From Octopus bimaculoides (taxonomy: Eukaryota), in the NCBI RefSeq assembly GCF_001194135.2, contig NC_068984.1, forward strand, positions 50,192,436 through 50,248,029: a DNA stretch of 55,594 nt, read 5' to 3'. The notes below the pieces were generated by a model. It was given only the letters and a program-made list of their open reading frames with translations. It was not told the origin of the DNA and made no database searches. The first letter of the stretch is position 1, and the number at the start of each line of letters is the position of its first letter. The position numbers and the translations under genes are program-made. This document shows positions 37,927 through 49,828 of the stretch, one piece after another.

Positions 37927-39147
37927 NNNNNNNNNNNNNNNNNNNNNNNNNNNNNNNNNNNNNNNNNNNNNNNNNNNNNNNNNNNNNNNNNNNNNNNNNN
38001 NNNNNNNNNNNNNNNNNNNNNNNNNNNNNNNNNNNNNNNNNNNNNNNNNNNNNNNNNNNNNNNNNNNNNNNNNNNNNNNNNNNNNNNNNNNNNNNNNNNN
38101 NNNNNNNNNNNNNNNNNNNNNNNNNNNNNNNNNNNNNNNNNNNNNNNNNNNNNNNNNNNNNNNNNNNNNNNNNNNNNNNNNNNNNNNNNNNNNNNNNNNN
38201 NNNNNNNNNNNNNNNNNNNNNNNNNNNNNNNNNNNNNNNNNNNNGGAGAGAGGGGAGAGAGGGGGAGAGAGACAGGCAAGGGAGATGGTGGGAGTGAGTG
38301 AGAGTTTGTATAAGTTTACACAGCTGTCCTTTCATATAAGAAAATATAAGTTCAAATATTGAGCTGAATTCATCAACATGCTTGACATCATTATGCTACA
38401 CATCTAATCACAAAATATCAATTTTTTTCTGGTGAAATACAGTGACCTCAGCAGGGATTCCTTCTGAGACACGCCCCTGTATCTCAGACAGGATGTAGGG
38501 AACACTGCACCTTCACTTCATTATCATTATCATAGCCCCATTCTGTCTCTATTTCACTTTTTCTCCTTTCAAATATATATGCATTCATTCATGCTACTTA
38601 ATTTATTAGTATCTTAGTTGAATGAAAAGAATAAGTCAACCATAGCGTAATTGAAACCCGGAACTTCTGTGGTCTTGGAGTTGTATACAAATACGATGTA
38701 TTCATATGATATTTATGTTCCAATTATTTTTGTATCCCTCACTAGTTAACAAGAAACAGAAATTAACTCGTTTATATAAACTGACTGAAACGTAGTGTTA
38801 GTAAATATATGTGTGAACGGAGAAATTTATAGCTTTAGGATCTGAAAGTACTTAGTTTTTCTTTTCTTAAATATTTCCAGCATTTCAGATATGATAGTTT
38901 GTTAGTTTGTGCGAACTTTCACACTCGGATGAAGTCATATGAAATCAATTAAGTACCGAGATTTAGTCGGTTTGGCTTCCAGCATCAATTCTGTTCGAAT
39001 TGATTCTCATATTCAGTGTAATGATACATTTTTATTGGCTAATGAATGATGTGAAAATCACTTTCGCTATTAATCAATAAATAAAGAGTTATTAGCAATT
39101 AAATTTTGGTAATTTTAGCCAATCGTAAGCCAGAGACACATTCATAC

Positions 39148-39990
39148 CTATTTCCATAGTAACAAGAAGAACATGAGAACTCTTTTGTCTGCGAGAAAGC
39201 ACGTGTTGACAAATATATTGAAAGCACTTGTTTTACCTACATGTTTGACAATTGAGCATGGGAATTTATGTAGCACAGGAGATAGGAAAATTGTGGTTTG
39301 TTCGAGAAGTTGATTGAATGCATTTTTAACTTTCGCTTTCAATGAACTGGTCAACAAAATGTTTGTTTTTTAAAAATATTTCATTTGTAATGTGCTATTT
39401 TGTTTTTAGATAAATCTTTAAAGTTCGTGCTATCGCATTAGATGCATATTGAATGCTTAAACTACAAAAGACGCAATTTTTTTTTCTTTTTCTTTGTTAA
39501 CCCGAAAGATTGTAACCGCACTCAACAAATGGAGAGTACGTGGGCCTCTGTGAAGCGAGGTAATAACGCTGGTAGATCTATGGTAGATTCATATCTCTTT
39601 GAATTTATGTGGCGCAGGAGATACGAAAACAGTGATTTGTTTGAGAAATTGATTGAATGTATTTCGGACTCACGTTTTTAATTTTAGAAATATTTTGTAA
39701 TGTGTTGCTTATTGCATGCTTAAATGTTTACTTTTTAAGTATATTTTGCTCACTCTTATTTTCGTATATAACATATAAACGTGTATATCTTTTAGAATAT
39801 TGTCATTTTATAAGATTTTGCTGGCAAATTTTTAAATTAACATAAATATTTATTTACATGAAAGAAAATTACAGAACTTCCNNNNNNNNNNAAGAAAATT
39901 ACAGAACTTCCACCTAATTCTTCCAAATGTTTCTGTTAAAACTGTATTGAAACCATTTGTGGGGAGTGCTAAAAATAACTGCTAAATAAC
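39148..39990 (+). mobile_element. Merlin / ISXO2 (IS1595-like) DDE transposase C-terminal remnant, partly duplicated
   Basis: FVNPKDCNRTQQMESTWASVKR..MVDSYLFEFMWRRRYENSDLFEKLI (39493-39681). A degenerate second copy of the EFMWRRR region lies at ~39260-39325. Confidence 0.7.
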
Positions 39991-41119
39991 GTTTTTTTTT
40001 TTTTATAAATCTTTTAAGTTCGTGCATTAAATGCATATTGAATGCTTCAAACTACAAAACACATGTTGTTTATAAATGTTGACAACATGTAACTATTTTC
40101 AGGATGTTGAAGATAAAATGTGCAGTCACGCACAAAATGACAGCTTCCAAATCCTGTTTACTGATTGGGTGAAAATGGTCAAACTTTAAACCTCTATTAC
40201 ATTTTAGAAACATTTTTCTGAAAAAAATGAAATTACTCCAGCAATTCATCTTGGAAAAGTATATTATTGTGCCAAATTTTAAAATTTTCTATCAATTTTA
40301 ATTTTTGGAATGCTCGCGGCCAAACAAACTAGATCCAAGTGCCGTTATAAATACCAAGAGATGGTGTTTTCTTTCGCTATAGAGAAAGGTACAACGGAGA
40401 TAAACGATGAAGGAAAGAAAAGGCCAGGAAAGAAAGAAGTATAAAAGGGATTAAATAAAGAGTAAGAGAGTTGTACAGAATTTAGATACATACTTACAAG
40501 GTGAGCAAAAGTGTACGCACGCCGTTATATGTATATGTAATTCCAAACAATGGAACAAGAACGCAACAGACGACAATAAAACATCCGGACAATTATACGA
40601 TACAAAGACGGACAGGAAAAATAACAAAAAGGCAGACAGGAAAAAGCAAGGATGGGTCATTCGCAGCCTTCTCTCATCAGTTAAGTTTCCAGGTTATCCT
40701 TACAGTTTCGGCCGGTAACGCTTGAGACTGTTCAAATCTGGCTGGCCCAAAAAATCTAAGCTAAGAGCATTAAATTTTGGGGGAGAAAGTAAGCGAATGT
40801 GTATGACAACAAAGACTAAAAGAAACAGAGAAAATGTTACACAATTACAAATACATAAAGACGATTTCCACAACACACACACACAGAGTTACTACCACAG
40901 ACACGCACACATTGCCACACACATATACATACACGCACAAGCATATACATATTGACCATCGTCACACTCTGTTGTCCATCCTCCACCCCGCAAAAACATT
41001 TCCATTATCTCTTTCTACTTTCAGTAACTTCAGCAATGGAACTACAAGTGTGCCGTTGGCGATTTCTTTTCGGATTACTTTTCCATCTTTAGACTTTTCC
41101 CTTTCTCCGCGTAAACAGA

Positions 41120-41140
41120 GAGCCATGCTCGAAATGTCAA
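41120..41140 (+). ncRNA. 3' half of a minimal hammerhead-like motif
   Basis: GAGC-CAT-GCTC-GAAA-TG-TC-AA; the CUGANGA core is lost. Same family as 30874-30908. Confidence 0.35.
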
Positions 41141-41249
41141 ACTCTGTCCTTTCACTCAGCATCAAGCTAATGCTTTTCTTTCGCACGTCCTCGCGTTCGT
41201 TTTCCTTTCGTATTATTATTATTCGTTTACCTGAATTGACTATATAATG

Positions 41250-41303
<54 letters not shown>

Positions 41304-41334
41304 CGTACGTATGTATGTATGTATATGATATGTA

Positions 41335-41870
41335 CAAGGTGATTGAAAAGTACCTTCCTGTTTTAAAATACTTATAAATTATTTATTAATTGCAATTTTT
41401 TTCCAAAACTTTTTGTTTGTTTTTTGAAGTGTGAGATTTTAATCTATAATCGTATTGTTCTTGTCGTTCGTGGATGGCTGAATGCTCATTTCCCCAGGAG
41501 ATGGATAGGTCGTTGTGGTCCACATAAGTGACCACCCAGGAGTCCCGACTTAACACCCAGTGACTTCTTTCTTTGAGGTTGGTTAAAGGAACAAGTCTAC
41601 TGTATCAAACCAAAGATTTTGAAAGAACTTGAAGGGCAAATACGAGAAGTTAGGTTTTTTTCCATCCCAGAAGAGTTTTGGGTGAAAGCAGTTGACGCAA
41701 TTCCTAGGCGACTCAAGACGCTAGTGGTGACATCTGGAGCCCACATCGAACTTTAAATAAAACCTCATACTAAAACCTTTCCTCTCATATCCATTTTGAG
41801 TTGTAAACATTACAATTAATAAATGATTTATAAGTATTTTAAAATATGGAGTTACTTTTCAATCACCCTG
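41335..41870 (+). mobile_element. Internally deleted IS630-Tc1-mariner transposon
   Basis: ~60-bp TIRs (CA[A/G]GGTGATTGAAAAGTA..), TA on both sides, and the transposase tail RWIGRCGPHK*PPRSPDLTPSDFFL*GWLK..GAHIEL* (41475-41756). Confidence 0.93.
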
Positions 41871-44800
41871 TATATGATAAGTGCTGACGTCCTTGGTCAC
41901 TCTGTTACTTCTAACAAATATTAATAAAATATATTTCGCTTTTATATTTCGTTTGCAAGAATCTTGATGTGTATTCGTGTGTTCAAACAAATCTTTTGTA
42001 TTAGGAAGGTTATTACGTCAATGGTAATGAACATGTACATACATGCATACATATATGCACGCACAAACATGCATACATACACATGCATACATATATATCC
42101 ACACACGAACATGCATCCGCAAACACACAAATATTCATACACGCATAAACCACCTGTTGCGCATGACCTTGAAGTTCATGCAATTTATGGAACAGAAATA
42201 TTCCCCCAGTGAAAATAACCTAATCATGTATCCTTTTATCTTTAATATTCCTGTGGGTCATATTTAAATCGTTAGAAGTCGTATTTGAAGTAAGAATTTA
42301 TTACTAAAGCTTATTTCAACAATTCGTCGAAATATTCATAGCTGCTACTGTCTCCATTGGCCAATTGTTAGATTGGGCACAACTATTAAATATACACATA
42401 TATACATATGAAATATCGGAACCATGTGTGCAGTTTTTAATACATTGGACCATTATAGCAGAGAGAACTTATACACAAGTTTGTTTGTAGTGTTAGATAT
42501 AGGTTAAGGTCTAGTTATGTTTATAGCAAATTTCTAAGCAAATATCAAGCTTCTTTTATATCTACGGATTTTTTAAGTAGTTTATTTTGTTGAGAGCACA
42601 TGACTTCTAACACAGAAACAGAGCACATATTTTAGGGAGGAAAAACATTGTAGACCGTATTGATCTCATTATTTGAATTATTGCATTGATAAAGAAAGGA
42701 TGAAAGGAAAAATCCACAATATCGGAATGTAAAACGTTGTAAGTAAATATTGCAAAATATTCTGTTCACCACTCTACTCTTTCTGTCCCTTCACCTCCTG
42801 ACTAAACGTGTAATACTGATGATTAAAGATGAGGAATAGTTGGTTTTGTAAAACTAAGTTTTTCCTATCAAGAAATGATGCAGCTGTATTTAATAATACG
42901 AATGTACATAACCAAGCTTTGTGCAGTTTGACAGAGTGATGCAGCATGATATAAAAGATAATAACGCAATCAACACCGCATTGATCAGTTATACTTATAA
43001 AAGCAATCATGATAAACCAACCAGAGGTTTCTATTTGGTCAACTGGCCAGTTAAAAACAGAAGACAAATTTTCGTTAAATTACAGTCTGTATTTTAGAAA
43101 ATGAAGAACATGTTAGGAATGTAATAGTATGTACTCTTAAAAATATGGAATGATCACGGCTAAAATCTTTTTGATTATATATGTCTACTCGTACAGAATT
43201 TGACCTGATGTTAACCCATTAACAATCAAGAAGGATGCGTATATGTTGTTATTTATGAACAATGTAATCTGGCAGACGAAACTGAAATTTGCTCATATAT
43301 ATGGAAATATTTGCAATCAGATAATGAACCGTTTAGCAGTAATCATAAAAAAAGCTGTTAATCGAATAATAAAAGTACAAGGAAGATACAAGAAAAATAA
43401 TGAATAATAATTGATGAATAAAAGAATGTATTGGTCAATGCCAAAAATAATGGTACTGTTTCTTTTTTTTTTCTTTGCTTCTACAGTTGCATCAAATTTA
43501 ACCTGCACAGGGGTCTAGTAAGATCGGAAAGAATCAAGTAAGATAAATTCTTTAGTTCTAACGTGATCATTATAGAGACGACTATTCGAAAATCATTTTA
43601 CAATTTGAAACTGAAATTATAATCAGTATATCACTGAAGCAAACGCTTCTATATGTTAACCTAAGTTTAAAGCGAGATGAGAATATTTCTTACCTTATAT
43701 ATGAGTGTACTGGTACTGGACTGTCTTTGCAAAGTCACTCTGTCAGCCAGAAATAGCTGATATATCTTGCTCTTACTATATCTGTCGTCTTAAAAAATGA
43801 AAAGAAAGAAGAAAAACAACAGTTTATATCATTATAGAGGACTGTCTAATAAAACAAAAGTAATACCTATAGCCTGAAGACATTTTATGATTGATCAGAG
43901 CTGACCTAGAACTTACCAGCAATATCAGAAACATCCACAATGCCCAATTTCTTACCTGCAATATCATATTTTTGAACTGATCGTTTTAAGAACAGAATGA
44001 ATACACAGAATGTCTTCACAAACAAATTGCCGTAACTATCGAAGAGACCAATGTATATGTTCTAACACGACTTCAAACCCAGTTGCTTTAAAAATATATT
44101 AAAGTCGAGGTAAAAAAAAAAAAAAACCCAGCTTTTGTGTCTGCAAGTGTGTACAAAACATTTTCAGGCGTGTTTAAAAAAAGAATCGACGAATTTCATT
44201 ATATAATCGCTCACATGGGAGACCTTTTATTTAAACTTTTGTCAGCTTATATATAACAATGTGTATAACCATGTATTCTTGTCATTGTTAATTAGAGGTT
44301 AAAGTGCATGGGATTAAATTACAAGATGCAATTTGATTATTCCGGGAAATATAGATTTCTCTATTCAGTAATGTAGTGTATAGTTACTATTTGAGGATGG
44401 TTTTGGTGTCTTTCATTTGTATAAGTTTTACAATCCTCTGTTTTTACTTCCAGGCTTCCCTTTGAAAAACAAAGAGAAATTAACTGCAAAGACTATAACC
44501 TCGTTGTCATTCATATGAGATTGCTATTTCCCGACAGAGTTCCTTTTCATGAGTTACTAAGGTAATTATTGATAATTAATGACCTACATACATACATGCA
44601 TACATACATACATACATACATACATACATACATACATTCATACATACATACATAAAACTGTTATGTGTGTGTACATGTATGTATGAATTCATCCACTCTA
44701 AGTCACACTCACATATAAATGTCCAAATACGTGTGTAAATTTTAAATAAGAAACTATGTCTAATGAAGAACATGTCTACACTGTTATAGAGACATCTTGA

Positions 44801-45439
44801 TCCCGTAGACCTATCTATTCGAGGCCAATTATTGAAAGAAAGCCAAATATTCACCAACACANNNNNNNNNNNNNNNNNNNNNNNNNNNNNNNNNNNNNNN
44901 NNNNNNNNNNNNNNNNNNNNNNNNNNNNNNNNNNNNNNNNNNNNNNNNNNNNNNNNNNNNNNNNNNNNNNNNNNNNNNNNNNNNNNNNNNNNNNNNNNNN
45001 NNNNNNNNNNNNNNNNNNNNNNNNNNNNNNNNNNNNNNNNNNNNNNNNNNNNNNNNNNNNNNNNNNNNNNNNNNNNNNNNNNNNNNNNNNNNNNNNNNNN
45101 NNNNNNNNNNNNNNNNNNNNNNNNNNNNNNNNNNNNNNNNNNNNNNNNNNNNNNNNNNNNNNNNNNNNNNNNNNNNNNNNNNNNNNNNNNNNNNNNNNNN
45201 NNNNNNNNNNNNNNNNNNNNNNNNNNNNNNNNNNNNNNNNNNNNNNNNNNNNNNNNNNNNNNNNNNNNNNNNNNNNNNNNNNNNNNNNNNNNNNNNNNNN
45301 NNNNNNNNNNNNNNNNNNNNNNNNNNNNNNNNNNNNNNNNNNNNNNNNNNNNNNNNNNNNNNNNNNNNNNNNNNNNNNNNNNNNNNNNNNNNNNNNNNNN
45401 NNNNNNNNNNNNNNNNNNNNNNNNNNNNNNATATATATC

Positions 45440-45781
45440 GAATAGCCCCCTGCATCCACGAATAGTGAAAGACCACGAATATTGGACGTGGTCCATAAAA
45501 ATGCCTGTAAATATCAAAATATAACATTATATATATATATAATATTTAATAATAATTTAATAAAAAATAAAGTAAAATGTACGGCTACTCACAGTATATT
45601 GTTATTAATAATTTAGCCTCAAAAACTGTGAAAATATATATTTTGCCACGAAAAATGCCACAAAAAATCGCGGGCGATATTTACGATTCCGCAAATATGC
45701 GGCGGTTTCCGTGAACAAATATTAGTTCCACGAATAACCGGAACCGCGAATGCCGAACCGCGAATAAGCAGAGATACACTG
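45440..45781. mobile_element. pogo/Tigger-type MITE right end
   Basis: Terminal ..AACCGCGAATGCCGAACCGCGAATAAGCAGAGATACACTG-TA, with internal CCACGAATA subrepeats. The left end is probably in the gap. Confidence 0.55.
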
Positions 45782-45906
45782 TAAATATATATATGAGTGA
45801 AAACAACTCTTAGCCACGGGAGAAGCACTATCTATTTACTGACAAAGGAGACAACCTCCCTACAACTAGCGAGAGCGTCAGATCACCAGTGATTTCGGAT
45901 AGAATT

Positions 45907-46317
45907 TGTAAAAGGTTGATAGTAACATTGAGACTTTAGCCTCTCTCTATCACCTTTCAACAAAAATATATATTAGGAGACAGTAGAACAAAGGCAGGTG
46001 TGAACAATTAACAACACAATAAAATAAGTTTTATTTTGCTGATGCATTGCTTTACAAAACTTGTACCATTCAGCCTGGTCGCCGCTGCTTAACTTGTAAT
46101 CAGCATCTGGAGATTAAGAGCTTCGTTGAGGCATCCCAGAGGAGCGAGTTGTTGTCACATCGAAGGCATCGTGCTAAAGAGGCTTAAAAAACGCGTGAAG
46201 CGCTTTAAGTACTAGTTTACTACGCATGCGTACTCGAGGGACTTCCGGGAAGGCAAGTCCCTTGCGCATGCGTAGATTGCACTTCCTTAATGGCGGCCAT
46301 AATTTCGCGCCACTACA
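45907..46317 (-). mobile_element. Solo LTR (Gypsy-like)
   Basis: 411 bp reading TGTAGTGG..CTTTTACA on minus, flanked by AATT (45903-45906 and 46318-46321). AATAAA on minus at 46030-46035; CpG-rich promoter motifs near its 5' end. Confidence 0.8.
46203..46310 (-). promoter_or_regulatory. LTR U3 promoter-like motif cluster
   Basis: TTTCGCGC (E2F-like), ATGGCGGCCAT (YY1-like), two GCGCATGCG-like motifs (NRF1-like), ACTTCCGG (ETS-like) and a TATA-like TACTTAAAG. These are motif matches only. Confidence 0.55.
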
Positions 46318-46553
46318 AATTAATCCTCATTAGTGATGTTACTCCGTTGTCTAGTGTTAAACTAACTCACTTTGTCAGTTTATAGAAGATACTATAGGAA
46401 TCAGTGGCTGATTTAGTAAAATCGTAAAGAAAAAATTATAAATTATTAAAGTGGCTAATCGCAATTTAAAAACCAAACGGCACAAGTATAATTGTCTCTA
46501 AAGTGACTAAGAGTGGACGTTTGCTCTCTCAGACTAGGGTTAAGCTAACTCAG

Positions 46554-46982
46554 CTAGCAATGCCAGTCCTGACTTGCACCCTTTGTCACTTTAGTGACGA
46601 TGATTGTACTTGTGCTTTTTGGTCTTAAATTCCGACTAGCCACTTTAATAATTCATAATTTTCACTTTACGTTTTTACTGAGTCAACTAGATTCCTACGG
46701 TATTTTTCTAAAAATTGACAGAGTTAGCTTAACCTTAGACAATGGAGTAGCGTCACTGATGAGGATTAATTCTATTATGAATCACCGACGACCCGACGCT
46801 ATCGCTTGCTGTAGGGAGGTTGTCTCCTTTGTCTGTAAACAGATGGTGCTCTGACCGTAGCTAAGAGCTGTTTCGACTCTCATTTCTAGCAATGCCCGTG
46901 CTAACTTGCACCCTTAGTCACTTTCGTTACGATTGTACGTGTGCCTTTTGGTTTTTAAATTGCGACTAGCCACTTAAATAGT
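46554..46982 (+). mobile_element. HHR-bearing unit, 1.3 tandem copies (period 332 bp)
   Basis: CTAGCAATGCC..ACTTGCACCCT..GTCACTTT..GACTAGCCACTT occurs at 46554 and again at 46886. HHR 5' half TAGCGTCA-CTGATGA-GGAT is at 46748-46766. Confidence 0.85.
46748..46801 (+). ncRNA. Type I hammerhead ribozyme, intact 5' half and mutated 3' half
   Basis: TAGCGTCA-CTGATGA-GGAT-TAATTCT-ATTA-TGAA-TCACCGACGA-CC-CGACGCTA. The paralogous 3' half at 45874-45906 (minus) restores all stems. Confidence 0.7.
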
Positions 46983-47221
46983 TTACATATACATATATAT
47001 ACACACACACGTGCCCATTTTAAGTTTATTTGTAAAGCAAACTCTTGGGAAATTGACATATTTTGAAGGATTTAAGTATTATTTACGTTGAGGAATTCTC
47101 ATAATCTTAGTTAGTAAATGTCCTTGATATCATCGGAATTATTTGGGTTGTCATTCCTAGCCTAGTAATTTCTGTTTGTGTTTTTACTGTATTTTATAAC
47201 TGTTGTTGTTATTTTTCATAC

Positions 47222-47292
<71 letters not shown>

Positions 47293-47301
47293 AAGTAGTA
47301 G
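47222..47301. repeat. (AGT)n microsatellite
   Basis: Read directly. Confidence 0.95.
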
Positions 47302-47805
47302 TCTTTTCTTTACTAACCACAAAGGCTTGACGTGATACAGAAAAAATACAAGGAAGCGTTAAAGTCTTTTACAACAAAGGATGTGAAATGAGGCAGAAAA
47401 GGAATACAAGCACGCAGGAAGGTGTGGATGATGTTTATACATACATACATATATATATATATANNNNNNNNNNNNNNNNNNNNNNNNNNNNNNNNNNNNN
47501 NNNNNNNNNNNNNNNNNNNNNNNNNNNNNNNNNNNNNNNNNNNNNNNNNNNNNNNNNNNNNNNNNNNNNNNNNNNNNNNNNNNNNNNNNNNNNNNNNNNN
47601 NNNNNNNNNNNNNNNNNNNNNNNNNNNNNNNNNNNNNNNNNNNNNNNNNNNNNNNNNNNNNNNNNNNNNNNNNNNNNNNNNNNNNNNNNNNNNNNNNNNN
47701 NNNNNNNNNNNNNNNNNNNNNNNNNNNNTATGTATGTATGTATGTATGTATGTATGTATGTATGTATGTATACATATATATATATATTTACATATACATA
47801 TACAC

Positions 47806-47838
<33 letters not shown>

Positions 47839-48778
47839 CATATATATGTGTGCGTGTGTGTGGGTGGGTGTGTTCGTATGTATGTTTGCATGTATTTATG
47901 TGTATATGTATGTATGCATGCATTTATATGTATGTATATGTGAGTGTGCATGTATGTATGTATGTATGTGTTAGAATTTAGAGACCACGGAAATTTACAC
48001 GGAAACAAAATACAGTAAAACACATTATAATTAAAACAATTTTCTTAGATAGAATTTAAAGTTCCGTCTGTATTGAACACGGTATCCAGTTTCCTGATTA
48101 TTGTCTCACTGAATTTTCTTTGTTGTATAGGTGGTATATTGCAAAGCGTTCCAATAGGAGTTGTGTTCTAGTGAACCCACTTCTCCTTGACCGTTGACAT
48201 ATAACGCTTCGCAAATTTTATCCAAAAGTTGCATCGTTTTCTTTTATGCAGTTTAAGATTAAACCCCCATTTGCATCTCGATCCGTACTTCGTATGAATA
48301 TTCTTTGGATATATTCAATATGAGTCTTACTACTGCTCTCTTCTTTTGATACATGGGTGTAAATTTAATTTCGTTCAACGCTGGGGCTAGTTTCACCTCA
48401 GAGTTCATTAGTTATTTTTTTTGTAAGATGCCGGTTCTTTCTCAACGGAAAGAGTTTCTTCTTTGAAGAGGTTGTATCCTAAATCACATCATTTCATTGG
48501 GTTTTATTTTATTTTATTCATTTATTTAATGGCAGGAAGTCAGCTGGTTTCCAAAAACCTCCAACTGGTCACTGGTTGCCATCCTCATAAGTGGACATAG
48601 TGGCATTGCTATGAGGGGGTGCTTCTTGGACATTCAGTATTAGTTGCTGTTGATGTTGTTGTTGTTGCGGTGGGTGACTATTAAATAATACCCACTTTGG
48701 TATAAAAGTTGTCGTGCTATACACATACACACATACGCAACACACACACACACAGATATGCACACACGCATATATACC

Positions 48779-48829
<51 letters not shown>

Positions 48830-48831
48830 CT

Positions 48832-48880
<49 letters not shown>

Positions 48881-49685
48881 NNNNNNNNNNNNNNNNNNNN
48901 NNNNNNNNNNNNNNNNNNNNNNNNNNNNNNNNNNNNNNNNNNNNNNNNNNNNNNNNNNNNNNNNNNNNNNNNNNNNNNNNNNNNNNNNNNNNNNNNNNNN
49001 NNNNNNNNNNNNNNNNNNNNNNNNNNNNNNNNNNNNNNNNNNNNNNNNNNNNNNNNNNNNNNNNNNNNNNNNNNNNNNNNNNNNNNNNNNNNNNNNNNNN
49101 NNNNNNNNNNNNNNNNNNNNNNNNNNNNNNNNNNNNNNNNNNNNNNNNNNNNNNNNNNNNNNNNNNNNNNNNNNNNNNNNNNNNNNNNNNNNNNNNNNNN
49201 NNNNNNNNNNNNNNNNNNNNNNNNNNNNNNNNNNNNNNNNNNNNNNNNNNNNNNNNNNNNNNNNNNNNNNNNNNNNNNNNNNNNNNNNNNNNNNNNNNNN
49301 NNNNNNNNNNNNNNNNNNNNNNNNNNNNNNNNNNNNNNNNNNNNNNNNNNNNNNNNNNNNNNNNNNNNNNNNNNNNNNNNNNNNNNNNNNNNNNNNNNNN
49401 NNNNNNNNNNNNNNNNNNNNNNNNNNNNNNNNNNNNNNNNNNNNNNNNNNNNNNNNNNNNNNNNNNNNNNNNNNNNNNNNNNNNNNNNNNNNNNNNNNNN
49501 NNNNNNNNNNNNNNNNNNNNNNNNNNNNNNNNNNNNNNNNNNNNNNNNNNNNNNNNNNNNNNNNNNNNNNNNNNNNNNNNNNNNNNNNNNNNNNNNNNNN
49601 NNNNNNNNNNNNNNNNNNNNNNNNNNNNNNNNNNNNNNNNNNNNNNNNNNNNNNNNNNNNNNNNNNNNNNNNNNNNNNTATATAT

Positions 49686-49716
<31 letters not shown>

Positions 49717-49828
49717 CATATATGTATGTATATATATATATATGTATGTATGTATATATATATGTATATATATATATATGTGTCTGTGTGTGTGTGTGTG
49801 TATTTGTGTGTGTGCGTGTGTGTATAAA

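Larger units (their letters stand above)
45791..46524 (-). mobile_element. HHR-bearing ~330-bp unit (retrozyme/pLTR-like), interrupted by a solo LTR
   Basis: After removing 45907-46321 it is colinear (~80%) with the reverse complement of 46554-46885. The rejoined HHR is TAACATCA-CTAATGA-GGAT-TAATTCT-ATCC-GAAA-TCACTGGTGA-TC-TGACGCT. Confidence 0.8.

Noticed and set aside
39861-39911. 21-bp direct repeat around a 9-N gap
   Set aside because: A typical unmerged contig overlap artefact.
40640-40712. GAAACTGTA followed by CTGATGA on minus (possible permuted hammerhead)
   Set aside because: No stem I or stem II pairing in either type I or type II topology.
40834-41247. Overlapping 137-aa (+) and ~95-codon (-) open frames
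   Set aside because: The segment is related to the 30.8-kb repeat, starts in a CA-rich tract and shows no protein motif.
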